Assembly: GCA_023515725.1 (NCBI GenBank)
Contig: JALDTO010000213.1
Coordinates: 318,280 to 382,279 of the forward strand
Direction of reading: 5' to 3'
From: Amoeboaphelidium protococcarum X5
Lineage: Eukaryota > Fungi > Aphelidiomycota
Length of the DNA: 64,000 nucleotides
The translations under genes were made by a program, and so were the position numbers. Within the stretch, counting starts at the first letter, position 1, and every line of letters begins with the position of its first letter. The notes beneath the pieces were generated by a model. It had not been told where the DNA came from. It made no database searches and saw nothing but the letters and a program-made list of their open reading frames with translations. This document shows positions 1-13,255 of this stretch, one piece after another.

Positions 1-113
1 CCCCCCCCCCCCCGCGCTGATCGCTGGCTGATCCGAAGGTCACCTCTTTACTTTTGACAGTGACGCCGCCACTTAACAGTAATTACTAGTCTTTTCCTAC
101 TATAATTTAAAAT

Positions 114-1191
114 ATGGTTTAAGTGAGTAAAGATCTGTCGTGCAATGAGCGCAAAATTCAACACCACTCTGATTTAGGACAGCTGGTGATCAAAAGTCGG
201 ACTGTTGTTTTCTATGGCTGGGATTTTCTTCTCCTCTCGCTGCCCTACGTGGTTGTAAGATTAGAGTAGTACCGCCCTGAGTATCTGTCATTGGACGTTC
301 GCAATAAGCGGCTGTTTGTAACGTATCGTGCAAGGTCTGATGCTGAGCGCTTGTTTTCTGATAAGCGTTTCAAGATTTTAACTTTGCCAGACAAGATTAA
401 TATTAAATTTGCTTCAAATTACCCCCGTGCTCGCTGCTCCTCAGATTTTGGTCTAACTGGAGTTTATCGCGTCCATCCGTCCGAGATGGACAACAATCTG
501 AGATCTTACTCGGCTAGAGAGATCGGAAGTGCATTTCTGAAAGCGCACTTTAATCAGGTGGCTGCGTGGCTGACCCCTGAAGATTTGAAGATTGCACAGT
601 AGTTTGGCGGACTATGGCTGGGAGGATTTGAAATTGAGGAGCCTTATAGCATAAGGGAGGCTCCTCAAGACTCGAGAAATTATAGAGTCTTATCGATCTA
701 TTATGAGATCAGTAGAACGGCGATAGAAGGTGGCGCAGAGATGTCGTTTCAAAACGCGCCGAAGTCACACGTACTCTCTTCTCTGTCTCCCTCCTATACT
801 TATTCACACATTGGACCATGACAATGTGTATAGTATCGAATAGGGATATGATATACATAATTCAGCAGAGCGCTACCCTTTGCGTAAAATCGTATATCAG
901 GGTGGTGCGTTGTTTCACGATCAGTAACGTGGTCATAGCACCAGGCTTGCTGAGTAACATTATGGCATACTTAATCTAGATGTCCAGTCTGTTGGCAATC
1001 GTGTCTTGCAGTTTTATTGTGTAACCTCTCGCCGCTGGTAAGGGGATATCATTGATTACTATTGCACCTCTGAAGTGTTTGGCCGCACTCAATTGAAGTC
1101 TTTGGGAAAATAATTCATCGCTGAGACTGGAATGCAGCATGAGTTGAGTTTGATGCGCTTCGATTTTTACGGAATGTGTTATGAAGTTTGA
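114..1191 (+). pseudogene. Hypothetical protein, split into two frames (114-821 and ~814-1191); frameshifted or spliced
   Basis: With TAR=Gln, an ORF runs from ATG 114 to TGA 821 (235 aa), and a second frame stays open to TGA 1189-1191. A GT..AG at 771-843 would join them but lacks the TGTAG acceptor seen in all other introns here. No recognisable domain. Confidence 0.35.
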
Positions 1192-1408
1192 TGCGTACAA
1201 TGGTCTTGTCTTATATGAAAAACACCATGATGAGTTGAAGAAGGGAAGGGTAGATCTTGTCAAAAAATTGCATCTGTAAAAAACACATTGAACTCATAAC
1301 TACTATCAAACTTTGATTTTAATTTTTCCGACTTAAATCCTGATTGGCTTCGCTGCATAGTCCCGAACAATGATATACAGTAGCAAACAATACGCGTGCA
1401 GTTGCCAG

Positions 1409-2093
1409 TAGACCTCCTAAACAAATTATGTATTTGCAAAATTTTGACAAATATTTGTTTTGCAGTCGAAATTTCAACGTGAATAAAGGCATCGAAATTG
1501 TTCAAATAAATTTGATCAAAATGTCGAATATTTGAATTTCGATCTCACTTGGGTGTCATCTGAGGGAAAGTATAGTTGGACGCAAATACAGCTTATGAAG
1601 TAGAATATTCGCCAAAAAACTTCTAGCCAATAGATGTAGCGGTTCTCTCTATTTAAGCTCCAGTGGTAAAAGTCACAGTCTTGGTGCTAAAGAGCGCTTG
1701 ACAGGTGACGGAGAGGATAAATCAACATCTACATAAGCAGGAGCTTGATTCTCAACACTGACTAAAGTCTGACTAACAGAATCCTTCGGGGTAATATCAG
1801 AAGCAGCATATGCAAAACGCTACTACAGTGTAGTTTAAGGCTTTTCTTTTAACTTTTACAACGACGTGGGCTATATATGCCTTACCTGGTAGCTGTAATT
1901 TGGAGTGAAAGTTGTAGAAGGACTACGGCTTGAAACGAAACGCGCCTCAGTAGTAGGTGTACGCCACAGGCATAACAAAGTAAACAAATATTTGCAAAAT
2001 TTCGCAAAGTTTTCCAGTCGAAATCCAGATCAGAGGAATTAAGCACATTTTGATCAAAACAAATCAAAACAAAATATTTGTTTAGGAGGTCTA
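1409..2093. mobile_element. Non-autonomous hAT-type DNA transposon (MITE), 685 bp
   Basis: Perfect 18-bp TIRs TAGACCTCCTAAACAAAT (1409-1426) and ATTTGTTTAGGAGGTCTA (2076-2093). Perfect 8-bp TSD GTTGCCAG at 1401-1408 and 2094-2101. Subterminal motifs (TATTTGCAAAATTT, CAGTCGAAAT, TTTGATCAAAA) recur near both ends. No transposase ORF. Confidence 0.9.
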
Positions 2094-2375
2094 GTTGCCA
2101 GTGAGCTTTCTTAACATACCTTTACTCTGTAACACATTTGAGCCATCTTACAATGATTCAAACTAATCTATGACAGTAAGGCGGGAACTTATAATATACA
2201 ACAACAAAAAATTCAATTCCCAGCGTGTTTTTAATTAAACTAAAGCTGCGTACTTCGATATAAAATACCTGGACTCGAAAACAGGGAGATAAGAAGCTCG
2301 CGTCGTTTCGTCTCTTTTCTTTATCAGTCAGAAACTGTCCAAGAGCGCTCTATCTAACACAGTAATAATAATAAA

Positions 2376-3878
2376 ATGACTGCCGAGGACTTTTGCAGAT
2401 AGTAGGTGCGTATGATACTGCTACAACTGAAGCATTTTTCATTAATTCAAGAGCTATAGTATGATTTCGATGAAGATAAATGTTAGGAACTAAATAAAGA
2501 GCTGTTTCGAGTAAGAGCTTTGCTTGGCGAGTCAATGTTGCAATTGAAACAATCTTTTAAGAACTAGCCAGAGTCCTAGCTAGAGGATGATAGATCTAAA
2601 ATGTATAAATTAGCCATAAAATGTTCGTTTCATGTATTTATGAGATATTATTTGCAATATTAAAGCGCTGGCAGAAGTGATTCTTAGTCATTTGATTTCA
2701 TCTCAAAGTAGTGTCGCTTGCATTAGTGTGTGGATTGCCACTTTTGTCATAAATATCTGGCTAAAGCTGAATTTTCGTTTATTCAAGATGGCACCTCTAA
2801 TGTAATCTATATACCTGAACAAAGCCTGTCTAATGGATTGAGCGACTTTATCTCTTTATTAATATCCTTGGTTTTTCAAGTGACTAGAACAAGCTCAGAT
2901 TCAAGTAGTGTTGTCGTGGACGAAGATAATCTTGAATAAGTCATTCTATGGTGTAAGTTGGCTTCGTTGGAGTAATCTAATTTGGATCTAGGTGCTTGTA
3001 AGAAATTATAAGCGGTGACTAATTCTGATGATTATCGTAAATTTAATGCAAAATTAGAAAATTTAGATGGTGTTTAAAGCAATGAACACCTTTTTAAGGC
3101 TGTAATGTACAATTTTATATACCAGACAGTTGTATAATACCACAGCGGATGGCGTGAAGTTTGTCGCGAATTGAACATCATCCTGCCTTAGGAATTGTAC
3201 TGTAATAAATAGCGTCAAGATGATCAGTAATTGACCATGCTAATGAAGAAGGTGTAATCAGTGATTGATTCCTTTTAGCAGGATAAGTAAAGTATCAAGG
3301 AGCACTTCAATTTGTAGCTATCTGTCAAGTTGAATGATGACAGTATTTAATTTTTGGCATGCGGTGATTTGGCTATAGAGTCGGCATCTAAAGAGAACCA
3401 ACTTCCTCCTGATGTAGTTGATATAGTCAATGTACCGCCCAACTTACTTAACAGCCCAGTGCTCAAGGTTGGCCCATTATTACGCGATCAATCTCCTGTT
3501 CATAAGCTGTAATCTTCACCTCAAATCATAGCAAAAGATATTAATAACAAGCGAAAGTCAACGGTATTGAATGATCACCCATAGCCTTACGAGTAGAATG
3601 CTTAAGGATACTCTGCCGTGCGTCTACCTCCACTGCCGCCAAAGATGCCACGACCGCCTGAGAGCTAGAAGAGAGCAAAGTTGGCATGGACGGAGTAAGA
3701 AGTTGCATGTCTTGAGTACGGGATGAAAAAGTATGGTAATTCGTGGTCTTACATCTTGACCGAGTACCGGGAACATTTCCATCCTCATCGAACTAATGTT
3801 GATCTGAAAGACAAGGCGAGGAATGAAAAGAATAGAAGAATCCGCCATGGACTGGATTTAGGTCCCTTTGGTCCTTGA
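2376..3878 (+). CDS. Telobox (TRF/Tbf1-type) Myb-domain protein, 500 aa
   Basis: Uninterrupted ORF with TAR=Gln. The C-terminus WTEQEVACLEYGMKKYGNSWSYIL...RTNVDLKDKARN is a telobox Myb signature. Confidence 0.85.
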
Positions 3879-4098
3879 AACGATCATGTTATGTGTGTTA
3901 TGGATGGTGTTTATATGTGCTGATGATGAAATAATTGTGATTGATCAATAATATTGTTTTAACGTATGTCTTAGTAACACTAATTTTCATGAGGTTGGCC
4001 AATAAGGAGTAGGAGTCTCGTGTTGTTTTAAGGCGCTTTTAAACTTTGAACTGTTTGATCTCCGTTAATTCGTTAGCTCGATTGTTTGCCAGTCGATT

Positions 4099-4125
4099 GA
4101 GAGAGAGAGAGAGAGAGAGAGAGAG
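4099..4125. repeat. (GA)13 microsatellite
   Basis: Perfect GA dinucleotide run in the intergenic region upstream of the RGS gene. Confidence 0.95.
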
Positions 4126-4227
4126 TCCAGTTCTTCTGTATTTCCATAGTCGTTTCAACTTTCTTTTCTTTCTTTGTTTCTATTGAGAGGAAGGGAGATT
4201 ACGCAATTATTGTTGTATAATTTGTAA

Positions 4228-7098
4228 ATGCCGTCTTCTATTGTTACTCATTAGAAGGTTGATAAGATGGACAAATAATTAGGTGTTACTACTTCAAATT
4301 CGTAAAAGGCCTAGTAGACATATGATATGAAGGTGAAAGATGCTCAACGTATTCTTACGAAGAGCAGTGACTTGCTGGCTGGTTCTCATTCAAACAACAC
4401 CTCTGACCGTCAATAAGAGGGTGCTGGACAGGCTCTAGTTGCCTCATATCGTCACAGATACCATACAGGTATTTTAATAATAATCTTTTGATTTTAATAC
4501 TTTAACGAATTATCTCGATTTTTTGTAGTGTTGGAATGTGATTATCAGTAAGCATTGCTGCACTTGGCCGAGTTTATGAGAGTGTACGTTGTCCTGAATA
4601 CTGTATCATCGGAGTCTATACAACCAGGCACATAAGAGATAAAGCTATCCGTTGTGGTGAAGAGAAACAGCAGTGTCGAGTAGCTCTGTACTAGGATTGA
4701 GGCCGAGTATGCCTTCAATAATCTCAGTACCACCATCAATTCTTCTGATGCACAGGAAGATTAACTGATCACCAGTTTGAAGGTGCTTGTGCTCGCAGAT
4801 TCTGGCCAGGTTCCTCTTAAATTCTCAGCTGGTGTTAATGAGGTACTAAATACAGGTGATACTGTGTATGTTTATGGTTTATATCATGGCACCGCGGGCT
4901 CTGAGACTTTTGATTAATTGGAATAGAATTTTGAGCAGGAGTATAATAATCTGCTGCAATTTCATACAAAGAATGCTTCAGATTTAAGTCAAGTTAAGGT
5001 GGATCTGCTCGCTGTGCTTCATAATCTGCAACTTTTATCTCATTTCCAAGAGTTTTGTATGAAAGATTTTGAGATTGAGCATTTGTTATTCTGGCTTGAG
5101 GTGGAAGTCTTTAAGAATTTGTGCTAAATTGCAGGCTCTTCCTCAGATGGTTCATCTATTAATACCAATTCGGAAGAATATACCAGCCTTGTACTGCATG
5201 CCAGATATATTTACTTTACGTTCCTGTCCTAAAAATCATCTCTGAGATTGAATTTGCCGGTATCTGAATTCCATTCATTACAGTGGCCAATTCCTCACGT
5301 TGACTCTGTGACTGGTTTGCAGAATCCTCTCAACACCGAACTTTATGATCGATTGCATTACAGAGTTTTTCAATACTTGAAGCAGTTCGTATATCCAAAG
5401 TTTGTTCAGTCCCCCCTTTATGGAAAGATGTTGGATGCTGCGAAGTAGAACCCAGAAGAGTTTAAAGACTCGCACTTTTTGCCTGGTCAGCATTATTTGA
5501 AATTCTAGCAAGATGTGGAGGGAATGAAGAATGCTGTTGTGGAAGCTCTCGCCCAAGGTGCAGGTAATGTTGTCGCATTTAACGTTGCAGATGGAGTGGA
5601 CAGTGGTTCTCCGACTGCGAAAAAGTATGCTTATAATGCGTCGAGAAGTGAGCTGTTGGATCTGAATAGTGCAGGGGATATGGTATAGATGCGTCCCAAG
5701 GTGAAGAGTTCCGGCAGTGAATCGGGTGCGAGAATCAAGTTTGTCAGACGTACTAGTGAAGCCTTCTACGGAAACGGTCCTAAATTGACGATCGCTCAGA
5801 AGGCTCGCAGAATTTAGAGGGAGAAGAGATTGAAGAAGTTTTTTGGTGATAAGCCAATGGATCAGGCAGTGTAAAATGTCCAGGTTGAAGAGATGCGCAG
5901 TCGATTGTCAAGTTCTAATAGCACCGCATCTCAAGTTTAAGCTTCATCCACCAGTGATTCTCAGAGCATTGATGTCAGTAGCGTGAATCAAGGTGTTAAT
6001 ACTGGTAATAATAAGGTGAAGAAGGTGGGCAAGTTGGAAGACTTTTTCGGTGTTGACCGTCTACCACCTGAGTAATTGTTTGAACAGCATCTTATAGATC
6101 GTATTGAATCTTCTCATACCAAAGAGTCTAAAGAGATGGCCAAAGTTCCACCTCCAATGAAGAATGAGTTGGATGTGGAGACCAAGAGAAAGTTTATTGC
6201 CACCTCTCGTAAGCTTAAAGGTGTGTTTGGAGAGATGCCGAATGAAGATTTGATTGCTCATTCTATCCAACCTCGTCAAGGTGGCGGTGATAGATTGAAT
6301 CAGAGTCGAGGTTTGGAATCTGCCAGAATTTCGCCATCTATTGATGCCATCTCGTTCTTGTCAACTGATACTGGTAGTACCTCCTTGGTCAATATCTCGG
6401 ATAGAGTCAAGTAGATTAGAGATGTGAAGGATTATCGTCGCAAGAAGTTGGAGAAGATTCAGTAATTTCTGGGTGAGAGAATATCGTTGGCCTAAATCGC
6501 ACCAGAGACTAGAGCCACGCTGAAGAATTTATCTTCAAAGGATAGGCAAGTGTACTTCAGAAGAGCAAATAAGTTATAGAGCATGTTTGGTGAAGTGGTG
6601 CCCAGCGATGTGATGGCGTCAAACGTGTTGGCCTTTGTGCCTGAGGAGAAGGATAATGTGGATGATGGTGATGTTGTGAATGATGAATATGTCCTGCTGT
6701 ATCTACTCAGCGATGAACGCAATTTGACCGACTTGGTCGAGATGATGGAAGACTTTGAACGGGCTGAAGGTGGCCATCATCATGACAATGGCGATAATAT
6801 TGAGGATGATATCCTAGCTGAGGGTGGTGAAGACTCATCATTGATGAAAACGTTCAAGACTGCTAGATAGAGAAAGCGAGTGGGCAAGTTGACTAGATTT
6901 TTTGGTGAGACTTCTGGTCAGATTAGTACGGAGCTCACAGTTGAAGATAAGATGCTAGTGGATTTGAGTAGACATTTGCAGGATGTAATTCACCCCGTGG
7001 TAATTGGATCTCTGATTGAGAAATTGTAGTCCGCATCTCTTACTTCCAATAACAGTCAGGGTAACACGTAGAGTGAGGTTATCTAAGAGGAGAATTGA
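4228..7098 (+). CDS. RGS-domain protein with repeated KLxxFFGE motifs (intron 4469-4528)
   Basis: RGS motifs FQEFCMKDFEIEHLLFWLEVEVFK, ARYIYFTFL...LNLP and YPKFVQSPLY. The 60-nt GT..TGTAG intron contains an in-frame TGA. Ends at TGA 7096-7098. Confidence 0.85.
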
Positions 7099-7232
7099 TA
7101 TAATTGGTGTTGATTTATAGTAAATTAAGAGTGATGCGCGCTGTTATTTAATCTAAAGTTGGTTTTATTGATTCTACTTTTAGTTTTGCGTCACAGCACT
7201 TTCTCTTTAGACCATCAGATTCTATAAAGAAA

Positions 7233-8069
7233 ATGCCTTCTGAACGCCCAACTCTAAGTATTGAATAGATGAAACAGTTTAAGGCATACGATCATGAAGA
7301 AGTTTAATAATATCTGACAGAGTAATGCGCATCGTACGTGTATCTTGATGATTTATTGTAGTTTGTGGCCATCAATAAACTATGCGGTGATCAGCTGTTA
7401 AGTCTTTCGCATGAGCAGGCCAAAGATATGGGATTAATAGCTGGCGGTCCAAGACTTAAACTGCTGTAATCTATTCCTACACTGAAGACTGATTTTGGAA
7501 ATGAAAATATGGCTGATAGTTCTGAGTATCATGAGATTGATCAGGATTTCTTCAATCTATCTCAAGTTAAGGCATTACGTTTGGAAAAAGTTTTTGATGA
7601 CAAACTGGAACATTTACGCGTATCGCCACTGTTGTCCGATGCTTTGAAAAGTGTTAGTACCAACGTTGAATATGTGAATTTAGAGTAAAACTTTCTTGTC
7701 AATATTCAGTCTGTTGCAGAGTTTATTCCGGGAATGCCTAATGTAAAGTTGATCAATCTGCGCTTTAACCGAATCGATGAATCTGAAGAGAATTGGTAGG
7801 ATGTCGCGTAAATTGCCACTTTATTGTCTGATAGAAAAGGCGCTCTTATCATTTACGGCAATCCGATCGCGTCTTACCTTTCCAGGGACGACTTTGTAGC
7901 CTTATACCGTGATAACCCTGAGGTATTTCTGAGAATTATCTGGATACCTGAAAATTGGATTGCTGGCGGTGAATGGCGTCAGTGTCTTGATGGTCTACAT
8001 AATATGTAACGTTCAGTCATGCACGCTCATCAAGAATTTTACAAGCACTTCAACGATAAATATGATTGA
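7233..8069 (+). CDS. SAM-domain plus leucine-rich-repeat protein, 278 aa
   Basis: The N-terminal NKLCGDQLLSLSHEQAKDMGLIAGGPRLKLLQSI is SAM-like. LRR-like segments VNLEQNFL, LINLRFNRI and IIYGNPI follow. Confidence 0.7.
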
Positions 8070-8374
8070 AAATGAATTGAAAAGTAGAACTACGATATGA
8101 AGGACGTTCTTAAGTTTAAACAGTGTCTTGGTGCAACGATTCGCGATTGCTCTGTGAATGTCTCTGGACAATATGGTACCCTCAAATGGTTCGTTAAATA
8201 TTCACATTATGTTATTTTATAACATTAGATAACACATTGCTGAAGGGAATAAAGTAGATGTAATAAATGCTTTGAGTGGCTGAGGCTAGTATTTTAGTAA
8301 TTTATTATCCTCATATATCATTGGTTCGACTCTGAACTCTAAAGCAATACAGAATGTACCATCTCATTACTATA

Positions 8375-10222
8375 TCACTTCTTGCCATTCTTCATCGACT
8401 TGACCACCTCCTTCACTCTATCAACTATTTCTTGCTTTGAACGATTCTCAATCACCTCAGCTATCTTGCTCCATCTATCAGACGATGATTTAAATGCAGA
8501 CGCTGGATACTACTTAAGAGCCAATTCCAACTGCTTCTGCTCATTCTAAGACCATGGACGACCTTCCGCAAGAGACGCGTCATTCGCAGATGCATTCTAG
8601 TGAGGAAATGACTATTCTTCTGCTTGATGCAATTAAGTAGGCATCACCGCGCCACGTTTAAGATCATTAACAGTCTTGATAATCTCTGCAGCCCTTCTTT
8701 TAGGACACGAAGAATGAGCGGCTACATAATCCGCAATAGTTTCCCATCTGTCCAGAGTGCCACCAGGAAACTGATTCACAGCCTTAACTAAAACTTTCAT
8801 CTCCTCAGCCGTCCACTTACGAGGCTCCTCAGACGCATTTTATGCCTTTTCCGATTCAGCGCTGTTAGTAGCATTAGAACCATCCACCTGAGTAGATACT
8901 TTATCTTCTTACACGACTTACTTTACACCGGCAGCCTTTGCATCAACACCTTTGACGCGCTTGTACTCTGACTGTAAAACATCCAATAATGCCTGAGGCT
9001 CCCCACATTCAGACATCAACTTATTGACTCCTTACAAAGCTTCCAAATCATCTGCAAGACTCAAGATCAGCTCATCTGCAATATGACTTGCATCATTATC
9101 CAAATGATCAGCAACTTGACTTCTGATCGATCTTCTCATATTTTTGATCTCCTTCTTCCTCTAATCTTTCTACTTCTTCAAGTCGGCCATCTTATCTTGT
9201 TGCTCCTTCAACTTGAGCTACTCCAACTTCTCTGCGGCTTCCTTCTGCTCCCTCTCAACGCGATAAGGCGCACCAGCCTACTACTTCTTCTGCTTTTTCT
9301 TCATCACCTTCTACTAGGCATCATATTCTTTAAAGGCGGTCAATCGCGGATCAAACTTCATAGCCAGATCCACCAGCTTAATCAGACGCGCAGACTCCTC
9401 CTTCTTTCTCTTGGCACGGTCGGCCTTGTTCTACTTCTCGAGCCATCGACGCTCATCACGATTCTCCACCTCTTCCTACATCTCCTTGTCCAACATCTCA
9501 AAAGATCTCCAGCTATCGAAGGAAGTCCAAAACTTGTAAAACTAATTCACGGCAGATCGAGGAGTGTGCAAGTCGCCTATTGCAGGCACAGGCTCAACCT
9601 TGGAAAAGTGCGCGTTACGTTCGAATACCGGACCGAATATCTCAAAGAATTGTTGAGGATACGCGATATGCACTTGTGATGCGGATGGTATCGAATTGTC
9701 AAACTTTGGATCAACAGAGTCAAATTGGCGTCTCTTCACCGGATCAGAGAGGAGTTCATACGCGCGCTGAATACACTTGAAAAAGTTATCTTCTTACTAC
9801 TACTGCTACTACTGCTAACCATCGGCGCCCATCTTATCCGGGTGATGCTTCAGCACTCTCATACGGTACGCCTTCTTGATGTCATTCGCCGAAGCGTTGT
9901 ACCTCAGCTTGTCTAGACCAAGTACAGCGTAATGATCCTGACTCTTCCACTGAAGAGGATCTAATTTCAGCAATTCTTCAGTCTCCTCCGCGTCGTACCA
10001 GTCAAGGAAATTGTAATGCTAACCAGGCACAAATTTGACGGTAGTCTCAGTTGTTAGCATAGCTATAGACGATGCATGTGCCTTGTACGCAGACATATGC
10101 GACTTGATGAACCAAAGACCGCGTCGTGCCTAGAATGCAGTCTCCCTGGTAATCAGAGTCTAACAGTTTACATAGTTTTTCAGCTCGGCAAAGGAAACGT
10201 CATCACTCGCAGGCACAGTCAT
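8375..10222 (-). CDS. DNAJC2: Zuotin/DNAJC2 (MPP11) ribosome-associated J-protein with two C-terminal SANT domains, 615 aa
   Basis: DPLQWKSQDHYAVLGLDKLRY...KHHPDK J-domain, zuotin homology segment FGPVFERNAHFS, and SANT repeats WTAEEMKVLVKAVNQFPGG and WSQNEQKQLELALKQYP. Confidence 0.93.
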
Positions 10223-10849
10223 TTCTTCCTTCTATGTTATTTGTAGTAACTGTCAGATAAGAGAATAAACCAAAAGATAACGACGACTAGATTACAATTC
10301 GACTTATTCAACCAACAGATCGCTCTAAGATTGTAAAACCGGAGAAAAGAGCGCAAAAGATCTCTTGAACAATCGGGCGGTGGCTCGCGCGTTGTCGTCG
10401 TCCGTTGTGCATCGATGCGCGCGCGAACTCTGATCAGACACCGGAGCGAGAGAGTGGGATATAGAATTCAACTGTGATAGAATCGAACAACTCAGCTTTG
10501 TCAAATCGATAGAAATTAAACGAGAGCGTGGCGCGCAACTGCTCACGATCAACTATTCTTCATACTCAGAAAATTATTCCAAGTAATGGTTCAACATCAT
10601 TCGGTAAGGGGAGGCAACTTTCCAGAATGCTCATAGATATTTGGACGTTTCACTTTAATTGTGGCGTTTTGTTTCGCCGAGCTTTGAGTGTGAGCCCTCT
10701 GTTTGTTTGTTTCTCAAGTCTGCACTTGTTTGTTGGTATCACTTAACTCTCTAGGGCGAACGCACATTTCTGACCTTTCTACCCTTCTTACCCCAGATAG
10801 GTTTTTACAATACATAGGTTAATAACAACAGTGTACTATTGATTAAACA

Positions 10850-12866
10850 ATGACACAAACCATGCTGTAATAGTATATGAACTAATGCTACAATTTCTTG
10901 ATGCTATAGCCATCCAATGTGACTCAGGGTGAATACAACACGGCCATATCCACTGTTGAAGGTATGTACAGTATGCGTATCCGCTAGATATTTTATATAT
11001 GCATTCATTCATCATGTAGAGTAACTGAGAAGAGGTGATTTTAAGGCGTAATATCCAAGGCTGTGGCTGGGTATGAACTTTGTACGCTTTCTTGATTTAG
11101 TGTTGTGTAAGTCCTGGTAATCTGGTTGTGCCTCGACTGATGATGGAGAGACTCCAGTTGATCATCGTCTCCCACATGAGAAATAACAAGGCGCCAGTGC
11201 TGATTTCTGTGGCTCCGCGTTGGCTGTTGCATCTCAGTTGTTTAGAAAGCATCTGATGACTGTGAAGGATGGCTAGTAGGTGAAATCTGATATTTTATTC
11301 TTGATGCAACTGCAGGCTCAAATTGTGGTGGAGTAGTTGAGGTAGTAAAGTACATCTGATCCCGATTTTGATGACGATTTGCTGCAAACGCTGGTTGAAA
11401 GACACCTGACAGTTTCTCACATGGCTAACGATAATGATGTTTACACTCTAAACGTTGATGTTGCGTACATGGATCAATTTGATGAATGTGCCACTGAGAT
11501 TGCCAATCTGTTCGATGCTGATCAGATCCAAAAAGTGTATCCTTGGGATAGATTTCTTGCCATACTGAAGAAGTTTATTGCTCAGTCCTCTACTATTAGC
11601 CCGTTGATTTTATAGCGTTTTGCAGGCGACCTTAAAGATGTAGTGTCTGTTGTTTAAGACGAAGAAGAACACAGTGGAGAGACTTTGTTGCATTAGTATT
11701 CGCGGAGTGCTAGCTTTAGAAAGAAGGGAAAGCTTCCGGTTTAGCACTCGTTCTTGTCATCAAGCATTCTCAATTCTGATATTCTTCGCTAGCATGACTA
11801 GTTTGGCACTCCTCACAAGGATTCATCCAGCCTTAGTCCTTCTCCAGTCCATAAAAGTCCGGTGTTGCCAGCGAAGGAGGTCAGATATGTGTTTAAGAAA
11901 TCTGATAATGCTGATGATGATGATGACGCGAAAAGTGATGATAGCAGATATGTTGACGCTGAGATTCTAGTGGAAATGATGCCCTCGGAATAGCTTATCA
12001 AGTGTCTACATCCAAATATTTTGGATTACATTAAGAAGCTCAATCCTAATATTGATCTATCTGTGCTTTTGGAGAAAGACCAAGATGGCGATAACGAGTA
12101 CGTTGCTGCTGATATGATTACTCGCGCGTACAATGCTGAGGATGAAGATGCTTGGGATAATCCCACTGGACACAGTCGTAAAAGACCAAGAGAGGAATAT
12201 GCAAATTAATTCAATGCTGCTTCTGGTAATACTAATGCTGACGGTTAACCTTTACCTGCTCATAGATCCTCTCGGCCATACAGTCATGTGTATCCTTGTG
12301 ACAGCGCTTAATCTCCACCGCGAAATTAGAATGCTGGCCCATCTGGTTCGTAATAATAGCAGCGTTCCCGGACTCAAGATAATTAATAGTGGCAGTAGGA
12401 CAATCATCGCTGGAATGGTGAAATCTATGACGAGCCTTATCCCATACATCATTCCGCTCGCAGTCCAAGACATGCTTATCCGAGTAATGATGCTCGATTT
12501 CCGTACTTTAATCAAAATGCTGGTTCTTAAAATCAACGCCCTCAAAATCAAGGCAGCTCTCAATAACATAGGTTTGATGATGATGATCGTAACAACAACA
12601 ACAACAATGATAATAATAATAATAATAATGGCGGTAGAACTAGAAATCGAGTGATGTGGTAGTTTAGAGAGGTTGAACTGTTGAAGCAGGGATTAGAGCG
12701 ATTTGGTTGGGGATAATGGGCTCAAATTCTGCAGCACTTTGGGCATGATGAAGAGACGGGATTCCTCCCTTGCCGTACGAGCGTCGATCTGAAAGACAAG
12801 GCGCGCAACGAGAAAAAACGCCTTCTGAAACATCGATTACCTCTTGGTGTTTTTGAGCGCCAATGA
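10850..12866 (+). CDS. TRF/Taz1/Tbf1-like telomere repeat-binding factor: putative TRFH domain plus telobox Myb (intron 10962-11019)
   Basis: C-terminal WQFREVELLKQGLERFGWGQWAQIL...RTSVDLKDKARN. The N-terminal helical region has TRFH-like segments (SALAVASQLF..DILFLMQLQAQIV; YPWDRFLAILKKFI). Asn-rich linker at ~12590-12630. Confidence 0.85.
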
Positions 12867-13255
12867 TTTACTATGATTGTCTTTAACTGCTGATAGCTCG
12901 CTCATTCGATAATTATGCTCTTTGCTGAACTGTTGCTATCCGTCTCTCTGAATTATAAATGGTGTTGATTTGTTGTATTAAAAGAATATAATTGATTGTT
13001 TTTTTTAATTTCATGCATTTGATACTTGCATTTTAATCAAACTTCCATTCAAAATACTGCGATGCATAAATTCAATCACGTCGCTTTATTGTTGTTATGG
13101 CAAGGAGGCGCAATTGTTTCTAATCCGGTTGAATTGAAACAATTAACTCTTCTCAACAGTTTATATACGGTGTTGATACTGTATATTAATTATATAGCAA
13201 ATAATAAACTGATTACCGTTGCAAAGTACCACTCCATTACAAAATCAGCATTGCT

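Noticed and set aside
1-13. C-run at window start as telomere, given nearby telobox genes
   Set aside because: It is a homopolymer only; I saw no TTAGGG/CCCTAA arrays anywhere in the window.
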